A stretch of DNA of 63,848 nucleotides from Paraspadella gotoi (Eukaryota; Animalia; Chaetognatha), in the NCBI GenBank assembly GCA_051294375.1, contig CM119265.1, positions 8,130,924-8,194,771 of the forward strand. The letters are read 5' to 3'. Below are positions 12,543-27,741 of this stretch, piece by piece (position 1 is the stretch's first letter; the number at the start of each line of letters is the position of its first letter). The notes beneath the pieces were generated by a model. The model saw only the letters and a list, made by a program, of their open reading frames with translations. It was not told the DNA's origin and searched no databases. Position numbers and translations under genes: made by a program.

Positions 12543-12886
12543 GACAGACAGACAGAGATAATTCGACGGCCAAAAGTCGCAAACTTCTTTTTTACGACTT
12601 CGTCTTCGGGCAAATTTCCGGAAAAAAAAAAAGAATAAAATGAGAGAAACAAGAAAAAAGAAAGAAAAAAGAGGGAAAAAAAAGGATAAAAAAGGAAACG
12701 CGATAAAAAAAATACGGAGAGGCCGAGTAGAGAGCAGACTGCCAACTGGTTCTCGTAAAAAAAAGGGAAAAAAGTTTTGGGGAAATTTGAGGGGGATAAG
12801 AAATTGCGGCTGCCTGCTTTAAAAAGATAAAATAATAATATAAAGAATTAAATGAAAATAAAATCAATAATTGTGAAAAAATTACA

Positions 12887-12948
<62 letters not shown>

Positions 12949-13120
12949 CTTTTTATCTCGCTCTCTATCTAACTCCTATCTCCCTCATTACGGTATTGGC
13001 ATCGGCTGCGATTTCTGGATAATTTTTTTTTCTCTCTCTCTGTGTTGATGTAAGGATTTATCAATTTTATTGCGTTATCGGGAAAAAGCGAGAAANNNNN
13101 NNNNNNNNNNNNNNNNNNNN

Positions 13121-13179
13121 TTTTTTATTGATCGATAAATCCTGACGAAAACAAAAGGGAAGCCCGGCGATAAAATGTC

Positions 13180-13261
<82 letters not shown>

Positions 13262-16200
13262 GTTCCCTTTCTTTGTGAGAGAAGAAAGGGAAAAAACGCG
13301 TTAACTCCATAAAAAAAACCAAAAAAAAACTATGGGTCTCTCGATCACACAGTCGCGATTTTCCTCTGAATATTTATGAAATTGTTCTTTTCAAACATTG
13401 AGCTCTTCATGACCGAGGCCGCTTTTCCGTCCGACGCCATCTCCTCGACATTTCGTTGGCGGCGTTTCGTATCGTCAGACGTTTTTCCGATCACCGTTTT
13501 TTTTCGGTAGAAATAAACGACGACGACGACGACGACGACGACGAAACAGAAAAAGGCGGAAGAAGCGGGGAGGAAATATGGCGGCGTCGGCGGTCGGCGT
13601 CGCGGCGGCGTCATCATCATCACCATATTTATGATATTAGGTACGGTTCCAAGTCTTGACGTGATGAAGTGTCTGAAGGCATCGATGTGGCCCCTGCGTT
13701 TTTTTTTTCTCCGAAGGAAGCGCTCGCCGCATTTGCCCGCCTTCAACACACAGCGCCCCCATTCTTTTAAGCTCCTAAAGCTCATCCGTCTCAACTCTCT
13801 CCTCAGTCTCTTGTTTGTCCACATCACTCCTTAATCGTTCCAAAAATATGATTCGACCGACTTAATTCATAGTTCTTAACTTACACTTAATTTAAAATAG
13901 TGAAACAAGTTTCATAGTTTATCGCCATCGCCATCGGCATCCAGCACTACCCTTTCCTCCATCCCTTCCCGGCTTCCCCCCCCCCAAACCCCCCCCCCCG
14001 ATCAACAACCCCCCATTCAACCCCCCCAGTTTCAAAAAAAAACCTCCGCTCCAACTTCCCCTCAACAACCAAATTTTCCAACATCCATATTTATTCCTCC
14101 CTTTGTCTCTCGTGTCTCCACTTCGATCGCTCCCGCTTTCTTTTGTCCGCTTTTTTCCGCTTCTTTTCTTATTTTTATCGGCTTCTTTCATCGGTTATTT
14201 TGCGCATCTTTCTTTCTTTGTTTTTTTTTTTTTTTCTTTGGGCCATTTTCTTTGTTTCTTTTTGGATTATTTTTGAACGTGTTTCATTTATTTTATTGTT
14301 TAATCGGCTTTAAGTTGTTCTTTTTTCTTACTTTTCTTATCCCCGTCCGATTGTTTACGAACGACCTGAGGCGAGTGTCGCGCAGAGATGCAGACGCGAT
14401 CCGGGAGGCGGAGTGAAACGCGCAGAGGCGCATGTTTTTGAGGTGGCGAACTTGGACAAGAGTCAAAAATTGGGAGAAGGAGGCGAATGCGGAGGCGCAA
14501 AAAACGTTGCGCGTTCGCCTCTGTGCTTTTGTTTTTATAGGCGAAAATCAAAAGGTTTTTGCCAAATTAAAACCTTTCTATTGTTCCAAAAATGTTCTTT
14601 TTTTTTCAAATTTAGATATTGCTAAATCTGAAGCGTTTATCAGCTGCATTGGTTTTTTATTAACATATTTTTTTATTCAAAAAAAAATTTGGTTCTGTTA
14701 TATCTATTTTATCTAAAAGTTGTACATAAGCATATATTTTATATCTTTTTTCTTTTAATGCATTCATTCACTCAATTTATTTTTTTTTATTTTAATAAAA
14801 ATAATTAATTTGTTAATTTATTCCTATGATATTTAATTAAATTTGTTAATTTATTTCTATGATATTTAATTAAATTTGTTAATTTATTCCTATGAATATT
14901 TAATTAAATCATTTATTCATAATTCTAATCTAATTTATTTATTTACTTTATTGATTTTATTAATCAAATACTTTTTTTATCTAGCATCATTTTTTTAAAC
15001 TTGGATCTTTTTTGATTTGCATTATTATTTTAACTGGCATCATTTTTTCAACTGGCATAATTTTTTAACATGGATTATTTTTTTTTATTTATATTATTTT
15101 ACAACTTGAATCATATTTTAATTGCATTATTTTTTTAACCTATATAATTTTTTGAATTGCATTATTTTTTTAATTGCATCATTTTTTTAAACTAGCTTCA
15201 TTTTAAACTTGTATATTTTTTTTGATTTGCATTAATTTTTTTACTTACATCATTTTTTATTCATTTCATTGTTTTTAATTTGCATTATTTTTGAAACTTG
15301 CATCATTTTTTTTAACTTCCATTATTTTTTGATTTATAATATTTTTTTGATTTACATTATTTTTTTGATTTGCATTATTTTTTAACTTACATCATTTTTG
15401 CACCTTATATCATTTTTTTTTCATTTTAAATCATTTTTTATCTCGCATCATTTTTTGAATGCATAATTTTTTGAATGCATAATTTTAACCTATATCATTT
15501 TTCAACTTGCATCATATTTTTTCAAATTTCAGCATTTTTTTAACTTGCCTTATTTTCTTAACTTATATTATTTTTTAACTTGTATTATTTTTCTTTTTGT
15601 AATTTTTTAAATTTATATTACCTTTTAACTTATATGGTTTTAATTTTTATATTTAAAATTTAAATTATCCATTTATTTATAAAACAATTCATAAAATTGT
15701 ACAAACAATAATAACAATTATCCATTTGTTGTTAGTTTGTGAAAATAATAAATTTATTAATTAATTAATATATAAGAAACTATTAATTATTGTTTTAACT
15801 AATTAAATAATTAATTATTGCTAATGATCGTTATCAGATCCAGCATTTTTGCTTTTTTATTCTAAGTAAACTAAAAACTTTCAGCTTGAATTGAAAAACA
15901 AGAAAAATTTTTTCTAATGCCAAATAGTAAAAATATATAAAATTATGGTAATATTATAATTTTTTTAATAAATTATACAATCGATTTTTACTGATTTGGA
16001 ATACTACTAACATTTTTGGATTTATTGATATTTTTTTAAACATTAGTAAAATAATATCTTCTTTTTTAATTAAGTAATCATATTAAATTAATAAAATGTT
16101 TGATTGGAAAGTAAAAAAGAAATAGAAAAAAATAAAGTAAAATAAAAAAATAAGGAATACAGAGAAAGTAAGAGAGAGAAAAGAGGAAAAAAAGTGAGTG

Positions 16201-17771
16201 AAGAGAATAAGAGTAATAAAAAAAATGAAATAGTCATATAAAAATAAATTTTTGTCCTTATTCTCAATAATATCCTTTTCCTAGTATTTTTTTAAAGCTT
16301 TATCTCTTTCTCTCCCCATTTCTTTTTTTCTTTTTTTTTCTATTCTTTTCTTTCTCTTCTCCCTCTCTCTCCCTCTCTCTTTTTTAAATGTCTTGCAAAA
16401 ATTGTTTAAAATATATATTTGTTAAAAAGATTTGAAAAAAGTTAAAACATATACATTTAAAAATAAAAAAAAATTATTTATTTATTTATTTATTATATTT
16501 AAACATAACAAATGAAAGTTTTTTCATTGTCCATTGATCTGAATTAAAAAAAACATATTATCAAATACAAAAACTATAAATAATTTTAAACAAAAAGCCG
16601 GAGGCGTTCAAGAGGCGAACGCGGAGGCGATCCGGGCTAAAAAATGGAGGCGAACGCAAAACCGGAGGCGAGGGGTCTCGGGAGGCGGGGAGTGGAGGCG
16701 GGCGAAATTCACCGCCTCCAGCATCCCTGGTGTCGCGCCCTTTTCGAACTTTCTTTCATTAAACAAAGGAGCATCGATATCCCAAAATCGTTCACTGAAT
16801 GAACTTTGAACAGGACACTGCCAAACGATTCACGCAAAGACGATGCGTCTCTGCCATTTTCGCCGCGAGATGGAGATTCGACCCAGTTGCACTGTCGCCC
16901 GCCACCGCCGCCGGCGGCCCTTCACCGGCAGAAGGAAGATTCCTCGATTGGCAGACTCAATACGCTAATGGATTTTTGATTGGATACCCACCTTCCATTC
17001 CCCCCCCCACTGATGCCAAACCCCCTAATCCTCAAATCTCCATTTCACGCGACTCACCTTTTTTAATCCAACTCGACGAGAACATTCTCACCGTCATTAA
17101 AAACCATCTTCCCCTTTTTTTTCACTGTCACACCCACCCCTTCACTAATCCCCCTCCCGCTTTCCTTCCCCTCTCCCCCGAAAAAAAAAACATCAGTCAT
17201 ATCCGCTAACCCACACGAACCCCCTCCCAGCCCCGTCTCACCTCTTTCCGCCACGCCTTGTTTTCCTGAGAGGTTCAACAGAATCTCATTAAAACCTCGT
17301 TTTGGAAGATCTCGTTGCGGTCATCGGCGTCGTCGGCGTCAGTTGGCGTCGTCTTAAACGTCGTCGTTGGCGTCGTCGTCGTCGTCTTCAAACGTCGTCG
17401 TTGTCGATATCGTCGTCGTTGTCGTCTTCTTCGCCTTTGTCAACGTCCGTATCTTTGTCATATTTTCTCTTCAATCTTCAGTCTTTACTTACTTTTTTAC
17501 CTTTTTTTTTTTCTAATTTCGAAGAAGGTCCCCTCTATATTCCTTTCCTTTTCCTCCCTTATTTCCCTTTCCTCCTTTCCTTCCCTTTCCTTCTCAATTC
17601 TCCTTAACCTTTCCTCTTTTTTTTTCTAATCGCCCTTCACCTATGGCTCGCAACGAAAACGGATTTAGATGATAAGTTAACATTTCGTTAATCCTACAAT
17701 CGCTAACGATTTCAAAATTCCTCCTCGGTTTTTTTTTTCCAGATGGTTAGACGTTTGATGATTATTTAATA

Positions 17772-17804
<33 letters not shown>

Positions 17805-20243
17805 AACCCTTGTCGCGATATTTTAATCCCTCCCCCTCTCCTTCCCCACCGCCCCCCCTTTTCTTCTCCCCGCGAATCCCAGTTAATCTTTCTCCGACAT
17901 GTGAATTATTCACTAGCGAACTAATTTCGTTGGCCGTCTGAATCTTTCCTCTTTTTTTTTCTCTTTTCGGTTTCATCATTTTGCTTCTTTTTTTTTCCTT
18001 CTTTTTATTCCAAATTTAATTCATTTTTTTATCTTCGTTTTTGAGTTTGGGAATAAAATATGGCTTTTTTTACGCTCTCAAAAACCTTGCTTTTTGGGTA
18101 AAGTTATTCCTTATTTCGATTTAAATTTATCCAGGCTAAATTGCGCTCTTCTTAAAATACATTTGGTTCTAAAGATAGTATTTATTTTGTAATTTTTAAG
18201 CGTTTCTCATTGTTATGTACTTTTTCAACTGTTTTAAAGGAATAAAAACCGATATATAATTTTAATTCATATTAAACATTTTAAAAGAATTTATTTTCCA
18301 TTAGCTGAAGTATCTAAACCCCCTGTTGAAGGCACTATGACTCGGAGACTCTCAAATATGAAATTCATATTCTTTTAAAAAAGCTTTTCTCAGTGAACAA
18401 AAAAAAAACATCTCAAAAGTCACTTGTCGATTCTTTTTTCCTCGATTATCGTGAATAATGAATGAGTGAAAGACGCGGAAAAGTCGTTTGGCGGCCAAAA
18501 ACGTGAATCGGTGAAGTGAGAGGCGTCGGCGACGACGCTCGACCCCAATCCAAGATTCTCACGCGAGACTTCGTGAAAAATTAAGGCTGATCGTCGCTCG
18601 CGCATCCTCGAGTGTGTGACGCCGTTCTGGCCTCTTTGTGAATCGCTAGAGAGTAAGAGGATGTGAGAAAAAGAAGTGTGAAGTGATGTGAGAAAGAGTG
18701 TGATGAGGAAGTTATAAAAGAAGTACACGGAAAGTCGATAACATGAAAAGTCAATCTAAAACATTAAAGTCGCTCATTGGGAAAGTGAAACATGAGAAAG
18801 CAACTTTGGTTTTTATGTATTTTTCTTTTTTTTTATCAAACTCGATTGATCGAAATTAAACTTATTTCTTATCTATTTAAAAGATTCTTAAAGTTTTTCA
18901 GTTCTCTGGATTCTGTCTTACGCATTCTTTAGTTTGTATTCTCGGGGAATATAAAAATAATATCATTCCGCAATTTATTCTCAAATGGATAAACCCGAAA
19001 TGTAGCTTTACTCTCTCCATCTCTCTCTCTCTCTCTCTCTCATCTCTCATCTTCTCTCTCTCTCTTCGTTCTCAACCTCTCGCTAATCTTATTATGGTTA
19101 CTGAAGGATTTGAATGCATTGAGAGCGCGACTTTTCCTCAGGCGATGACGACGAAACGACGACGACGAAGAACGACGTCGACTGCCACCAAAATCTGGTC
19201 ACATTCATTTTGGGATATCGGCGAGAATCTCCTCATACTTTGATCGTACATATTCTTTATTTTCAGCATAGAGACATAAAATTAAACTTTATTAAAGTTT
19301 TTCGTTGTAAACTTAAACTACCTATCTAGAATGTTTTAAGGTTCAAAAAATGCCACCAAAAAATGTGGATCGAATCCTTTTTCACGTCTCCGCCTCTCCT
19401 CTTCCTTCCCTTAAATTTAATTCACGCAAAAGACCGGCGCCCGAACTTTTGTCGCCGTTGGAGGCGCCGCGAAAGCGTTAAGGGTGGCAGTTTAAATACG
19501 GATTTTAGGTTGTGTTTACAACCGGTTTAAAAATAGTTAGGAGTGCTCGCGCAATTCTGGTAAAAATAAGGAAGGCAATTACATACAGGATCGGGAAATT
19601 TTGGTACGAGTGGTTGTAAAAGGTGACAATTTCATCCGGGTCTGAATTTAGGTTTAAGGTCTCTCACTTTCTTTTAATCGAGTAATAGGGATTTTTGTTT
19701 TTTTAGGGGCGGGCAGTTGGGCGTGGTCGTGGTGTGCGTTACATCCTCAAGGCCAACTGTAAATCCCGGATGTCGTAAAACGAACGATGGCGTCGATTTT
19801 AAAGGTTCGCATGGTTTAGGGAAAGGGTTGAGCCGAGCGCGAGAGAGGAGGTGAGGTTCGGGAGAGTGAGGGGGGCGGCGACCGGCAGGAGTGTAGCAGC
19901 TGTCGAAGTCGGATAAGGGGATTTGGGAAAAGATATTTTTTAGGAAAGAGGAGGAAGGTAAGGTCGAGAAACGGGTAAGGCAAGAGGAATTTTTTTGGGT
20001 TAGTGAGAAAAAAATGAAAGCGGAATGGTAGAATTTGAGTGAGACCAAAGATATTTTTGAAATCGAAATAGTTAGGTTATCTGTGTTTAATTGTGATTTA
20101 AGCGTGTAGAGATAGAAATCAAAAAAAAAGGTGAGTTAGAAAAAAAAGCATCAAAAAGTTCCAAGTCTTTGCGTTGGATCCGCTGCGCCAAACGCCCGAG
20201 TCTTGGAGGATTTGAAGATAAAAGAAACAGCGAGATGGTAAGA

Positions 20244-20325
<82 letters not shown>

Positions 20326-20917
20326 GATAATTCGACGGCAAAAGTGCAAACTTCTTTTTTACGACTTCGTTTCGGGGCAAATTCCGGAAAAAAAAAAGAA
20401 TAAATGAGAGAAACAAGAAAAAGAAAGAAAAAAGAGGAAAAAAAAGGATAAAAAGGACAACGCGATAAAAAAAATACGGAGAGGCCGAGTAGAAGAGCAG
20501 AACTGCCAAACTGGTTCTCGTAAAAAAAAAGGGAAAAAAAAAGTTTGGGGAAATTTAGAGGGGATAAGAAATTGAGCGGCTGCCCTGCTTTGAAAAGATA
20601 AAAAATAATATAAGAATATAAAATGAAAATAAAATCAATAATTGTGAAAAAATTACATCGCCTCTCTCTCTCTCTCTCCTCTCTCTCTATCTCTCTCTCT
20701 TCTCTCTCTCTTCTCTCTCCTAATCTCTTTTTAATCTCCGCTCTCATCTAACTCCTATCTCCCTCATATACGGTATTGGCATCGGCTGCGATTCCTGGAT
20801 ATATTTTTTTTTCTCTCTCTCTGATATTGTTGATGTTAAGGATTTATCAATTTATTCGTTACGGGAAAAAAGCGAGCAAAATATTAGGAAGCGTTCGTTG
20901 CTCTCTCTCTCTCATCT

Positions 20918-20956
<39 letters not shown>

Positions 20957-21751
20957 TCTCTCTCTTCTCCTCTCTTCTTAACTCCCCCTCTCTTCTCCCT
21001 CTCTCGGATTCGTGGAAGATTTCTCAAAAATGGGCGTTCGTCATTATCGGAGAGAGAAAGCGCGAATCGGGAAAATCTTCGGGATGAGATAAGAAGGGAG
21101 TGGGGGGAGGGGGTGGGGGGGGAGCGGGGAACGGAGAGAAAAGAGTGAACGAAAGAGGAAGATGAGGGGAGAGAAGGAGTGGCAGAAGGGGAGTGGTGAG
21201 AAAAGTAATTTCGTAGAAAAGCTTTTTTTTTTCAAGTCCCGAACTGTAAAATTGGAAAGAAGGGGGCTTACGATGAATGACAGTACGGCCATGGCGTAGC
21301 GGGCTGCCGCCCGAATCCCCCTCGAATGTAGCCCCCTAGGAGCAACGACCCCCTCCGTCTCCTCATCATGGAAATTACCTCCGTTCCCCCCTCATTCCCA
21401 ACCCACGCACTTTCCGTTGCTACCATTACTCTTGCCCTTTCCCCCTCTCCGCCCCCTCACTCTCGGCCCATCCCAACCCTTCGAGAAAAAAAAAGGGTCC
21501 ACTTACGGGGCTTCGATCTTGACCCTCCTCCTCCTCATCCTCCTCCTCCTCCTCCTCCTCCTCTTCGGATTTCGTCGTGGAAAGAAGAAGCTTCATAATT
21601 GGGTTATTAACCCTCTCTCCATTTCCGGAATGTTTAGCGTGTCGGCTTGTGGGAAGGGTTAGCATGAATTGGGAAAGGAAAGGAAGGGAAGGGAAAGGAA
21701 AGGAAAGGAAAGGAAAGGAATGGAAAAAAAAGGAAAGGTAAGGAAAGGAAA

Positions 21752-21782
<31 letters not shown>

Positions 21783-21783
21783 A
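13121..21783 (+). repeat. Block A version 2
   Basis: Same start after a 25-N gap, and the ORF track repeats at +7812. Extends further right than version 1. Confidence 0.9.
14383..16729. mobile_element. Same hAT element, copy 2 (same insertion site, inside a duplicated block)
   Basis: Same termini, TSD (14375-14382, 16730-16737) and flanks as 6571-8917; offset 7,812 bp. Confidence 0.9.
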
Positions 21784-21808
21784 NNNNNNNNNNNNNNNNN
21801 NNNNNNNN

Positions 21809-21867
21809 TTTTTTATTGATCGATAAATCCTGACGAAAACAAAAGGGAAGCCCGGCGATAAAATGTC

Positions 21868-21949
<82 letters not shown>

Positions 21950-24900
21950 GTTCCCTTTCTTTGTGAGAGAAGAAAGGGAAAAAACGCGTTAACTCCATAA
22001 AAAAAACCAAAAAAAAACTATGGGTCTCTCGATCACACAGTCGCGATTTTCCTCTGAATATTTATGAAATTGTTCTTTTCAAACATTGAGCTCTTCATGA
22101 CCGAGGCCGCTTTTCCGTCCGACGCCATCTCCTCGACATTTCGTTGGCGGCGTTTCGTATCGTCAGACGTTTTTCCGATCACCGTTTTTTTTCGGTAGAA
22201 ATAAACGACGACGACGACGACGACGACGACGAAACAGAAAAAGGCGGAAGAAGCGGGGAGGAAATATGGCGGCGTCGGCGGTCGGCGTCGCGGCGGCGTC
22301 ATCATCATCACCATATTTATGATATTAGGTACGGTTCCAAGTCTTGACGTGATGAAGTGTCTGAAGGCATCGATGTGGCCCCTGCGTTTTTTTTTTCTCC
22401 GAAGGAAGCGCTCGCCGCATTTGCCCGCCTTCAACACACAGCGCCCCCATTCTTTTAAGCTCCTAAAGCTCATCCGTCTCAACTCTCTCCTCAGTCTCTT
22501 GTTTGTCCACATCACTCCTTAATCGTTCCAAAAATATGATTCGACCGACTTAATTCATAGTTCTTAACTTACACTTAATTTAAAATAGTGAAACAAGTTT
22601 CATAGTTTATCGCCATCGCCATCGGCATCCAGCACTACCCTTTCCTCCATCCCTTCCCGGCTTCCCCCCCCCCAAACCCCCCCCCCCGATCAACAACCCC
22701 CCATTCAACCCCCCCAGTTTCAAAAAAAAACCTCCGCTCCAACTTCCCCTCAACAACCAAATTTTCCAACATCCATATTTATTCCTCCCTTTGTCTCTCG
22801 TGTCTCCACTTCGATCGCTCCCGCTTTCTTTTGTCCGCTTTTTTCCGCTTCTTTTCTTATTTTTATCGGCTTCTTTCATCGGTTATTTTGCGCATCTTTC
22901 TTTCTTTGTTTTTTTTTTTTTTTCTTTGGGCCATTTTCTTTGTTTCTTTTTGGATTATTTTTGAACGTGTTTCATTTATTTTATTGTTTAATCGGCTTTA
23001 AGTTGTTCTTTTTTCTTACTTTTCTTATCCCCGTCCGATTGTTTACGAACGACCTGAGGCGAGTGTCGCGCAGAGATGCAGACGCGATCCGGGAGGCGGA
23101 GTGAAACGCGCAGAGGCGCATGTTTTTGAGGTGGCGAACTTGGACAAGAGTCAAAAATTGGGAGAAGGAGGCGAATGCGGAGGCGCAAAAAACGTTGCGC
23201 GTTCGCCTCTGTGCTTTTGTTTTTATAGGCGAAAATCAAAAGGTTTTTGCCAAATTAAAACCTTTCTATTGTTCCAAAAATGTTCTTTTTTTTTCAAATT
23301 TAGATATTGCTAAATCTGAAGCGTTTATCAGCTGCATTGGTTTTTTATTAACATATTTTTTTATTCAAAAAAAAATTTGGTTCTGTTATATCTATTTTAT
23401 CTAAAAGTTGTACATAAGCATATATTTTATATCTTTTTTCTTTTAATGCATTCATTCACTCAATTTATTTTTTTTTATTTTAATAAAAATAATTAATTTG
23501 TTAATTTATTCCTATGATATTTAATTAAATTTGTTAATTTATTTCTATGATATTTAATTAAATTTGTTAATTTATTCCTATGAATATTTAATTAAATCAT
23601 TTATTCATAATTCTAATCTAATTTATTTATTTACTTTATTGATTTTATTAATCAAATACTTTTTTTATCTAGCATCATTTTTTTAAACTTGGATCTTTTT
23701 TGATTTGCATTATTATTTTAACTGGCATCATTTTTTCAACTGGCATAATTTTTTAACATGGATTATTTTTTTTTATTTATATTATTTTACAACTTGAATC
23801 ATATTTTAATTGCATTATTTTTTTAACCTATATAATTTTTTGAATTGCATTATTTTTTTAATTGCATCATTTTTTTAAACTAGCTTCATTTTAAACTTGT
23901 ATATTTTTTTTGATTTGCATTAATTTTTTTACTTACATCATTTTTTATTCATTTCATTGTTTTTAATTTGCATTATTTTTGAAACTTGCATCATTTTTTT
24001 TAACTTCCATTATTTTTTGATTTATAATATTTTTTTGATTTACATTATTTTTTTGATTTGCATTATTTTTTAACTTACATCATTTTTGCACCTTATATCA
24101 TTTTTTTTTCATTTTAAATCATTTTTTATCTCGCATCATTTTTTGAATGCATAATTTTTTGAATGCATAATTTTAACCTATATCATTTTTCAACTTGCAT
24201 CATATTTTTTCAAATTTCAGCATTTTTTTAACTTGCCTTATTTTCTTAACTTATATTATTTTTTAACTTGTATTATTTTTCTTTTTGTAATTTTTTAAAT
24301 TTATATTACCTTTTAACTTATATGGTTTTAATTTTTATATTTAAAATTTAAATTATCCATTTATTTATAAAACAATTCATAAAATTGTACAAACAATAAT
24401 AACAATTATCCATTTGTTGTTAGTTTGTGAAAATAATAAATTTATTAATTAATTAATATATAAGAAACTATTAATTATTGTTTTAACTAATTAAATAATT
24501 AATTATTGCTAATGATCGTTATCAGATCCAGCATTTTTGCTTTTTTATTCTAAGTAAACTAAAAACTTTCAGCTTGAATTGAAAAACAAGAAAAATTTTT
24601 TCTAATGCCAAATAGTAAAAATATATAAAATTATGGTAATATTATAATTTTTTTAATAAATTATACAATCGATTTTTACTGATTTGGAATACTACTAACA
24701 TTTTTGGATTTATTGATATTTTTTTAAACATTAGTAAAATAATATCTTCTTTTTTAATTAAGTAATCATATTAAATTAATAAAATGTTTGATTGGAAAGT
24801 AAAAAAGAAATAGAAAAAAATAAAGTAAAATAAAAAAATAAGGAATACAGAGAAAGTAAGAGAGAGAAAAGAGGAAAAAAAGTGAGTGAAGAGAATAAGA

Positions 24901-26459
24901 GTAATAAAAAAAATGAAATAGTCATATAAAAATAAATTTTTGTCCTTATTCTCAATAATATCCTTTTCCTAGTATTTTTTTAAAGCTTTATCTCTTTCTC
25001 TCCCCATTTCTTTTTTTCTTTTTTTTTCTATTCTTTTCTTTCTCTTCTCCCTCTCTCTCCCTCTCTCTTTTTTAAATGTCTTGCAAAAATTGTTTAAAAT
25101 ATATATTTGTTAAAAAGATTTGAAAAAAGTTAAAACATATACATTTAAAAATAAAAAAAAATTATTTATTTATTTATTTATTATATTTAAACATAACAAA
25201 TGAAAGTTTTTTCATTGTCCATTGATCTGAATTAAAAAAAACATATTATCAAATACAAAAACTATAAATAATTTTAAACAAAAAGCCGGAGGCGTTCAAG
25301 AGGCGAACGCGGAGGCGATCCGGGCTAAAAAATGGAGGCGAACGCAAAACCGGAGGCGAGGGGTCTCGGGAGGCGGGGAGTGGAGGCGGGCGAAATTCAC
25401 CGCCTCCAGCATCCCTGGTGTCGCGCCCTTTTCGAACTTTCTTTCATTAAACAAAGGAGCATCGATATCCCAAAATCGTTCACTGAATGAACTTTGAACA
25501 GGACACTGCCAAACGATTCACGCAAAGACGATGCGTCTCTGCCATTTTCGCCGCGAGATGGAGATTCGACCCAGTTGCACTGTCGCCCGCCACCGCCGCC
25601 GGCGGCCCTTCACCGGCAGAAGGAAGATTCCTCGATTGGCAGACTCAATACGCTAATGGATTTTTGATTGGATACCCACCTTCCATTCCCCCCCCCACTG
25701 ATGCCAAACCCCCTAATCCTCAAATCTCCATTTCACGCGACTCACCTTTTTTAATCCAACTCGACGAGAACATTCTCACCGTCATTAAAAACCATCTTCC
25801 CCTTTTTTTTCACTGTCACACCCACCCCTTCACTAATCCCCCTCCCGCTTTCCTTCCCCTCTCCCCCGAAAAAAAAAACATCAGTCATATCCGCTAACCC
25901 ACACGAACCCCCTCCCAGCCCCGTCTCACCTCTTTCCGCCACGCCTTGTTTTCCTGAGAGGTTCAACAGAATCTCATTAAAACCTCGTTTTGGAAGATCT
26001 CGTTGCGGTCATCGGCGTCGTCGGCGTCAGTTGGCGTCGTCTTAAACGTCGTCGTTGGCGTCGTCGTCGTCGTCTTCAAACGTCGTCGTTGTCGATATCG
26101 TCGTCGTTGTCGTCTTCTTCGCCTTTGTCAACGTCCGTATCTTTGTCATATTTTCTCTTCAATCTTCAGTCTTTACTTACTTTTTTACCTTTTTTTTTTT
26201 CTAATTTCGAAGAAGGTCCCCTCTATATTCCTTTCCTTTTCCTCCCTTATTTCCCTTTCCTCCTTTCCTTCCCTTTCCTTCTCAATTCTCCTTAACCTTT
26301 CCTCTTTTTTTTTCTAATCGCCCTTCACCTATGGCTCGCAACGAAAACGGATTTAGATGATAAGTTAACATTTCGTTAATCCTACAATCGCTAACGATTT
26401 CAAAATTCCTCCTCGGTTTTTTTTTTCCAGATGGTTAGACGTTTGATGATTATTTAATA

Positions 26460-26492
<33 letters not shown>

Positions 26493-27694
26493 AACCCTTG
26501 TCGCGATATTTTAATCCCTCCCCCTCTCCTTCCCCACCGCCCCCCCTTTTCTTCTCCCCGCGAATCCCAGTTAATCTTTCTCCGACATGTGAATTATTCA
26601 CTAGCGAACTAATTTCGTTGGCCGTCTGAATCTTTCCTCTTTTTTTTTCTCTTTTCGGTTTCATCATTTTGCTTCTTTTTTTTTCCTTCTTTTTATTCCA
26701 AATTTAATTCATTTTTTTATCTTCGTTTTTGAGTTTGGGAATAAAATATGGCTTTTTTTACGCTCTCAAAAACCTTGCTTTTTGGGTAAAGTTATTCCTT
26801 ATTTCGATTTAAATTTATCCAGGCTAAATTGCGCTCTTCTTAAAATACATTTGGTTCTAAAGATAGTATTTATTTTGTAATTTTTAAGCGTTTCTCATTG
26901 TTATGTACTTTTTCAACTGTTTTAAAGGAATAAAAACCGATATATAATTTTAATTCATATTAAACATTTTAAAAGAATTTATTTTCCATTAGCTGAAGTA
27001 TCTAAACCCCCTGTTGAAGGCACTATGACTCGGAGACTCTCAAATATGAAATTCATATTCTTTTAAAAAAGCTTTTCTCAGTGAACAAAAAAAAAACATC
27101 TCAAAAGTCACTTGTCGATTCTTTTTTCCTCGATTATCGTGAATAATGAATGAGTGAAAGACGCGGAAAAGTCGTTTGGCGGCCAAAAACGTGAATCGGT
27201 GAAGTGAGAGGCGTCGGCGACGACGCTCGACCCCAATCCAAGATTCTCACGCGAGACTTCGTGAAAAATTAAGGCTGATCGTCGCTCGCGCATCCTCGAG
27301 TGTGTGACGCCGTTCTGGCCTCTTTGTGAATCGCTAGAGAGTAAGAGGATGTGAGAAAAAGAAGGTGAAGTGATGGAGAAAGAGTGAGAGGAAGTTATAA
27401 AGAGTACACGGAAAGTCGATAACCATGAAAAGCTAATCTAAAACATTAAAGTCGCTCATTGGGAAAGTGAAACATGAAGAAGCAACTTTGTTTTTATGTA
27501 TTTTTTCTTTTTTTTATCAAACTCGATTGATCGAAATTAAACTTATTTCTTATCTATTTAAAGATTCTTAAAAGTTTTCTCAGTTCTCTGGATTCTGTCT
27601 TACGCAATTCTTTAGTTTGTATTCCTCGGGGAATATAAAAATAATATCATTCCGCAAATTTATTCTAATGGATAAACCCGAAATGTAGCTTTAC

Positions 27695-27741
<47 letters not shown>

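Noticed and set aside
14383-25417. Three independent transposon insertions or local hopping
   Set aside because: All copies share the same TSD and kilobases of flank, so this is one insertion repeated with its block.
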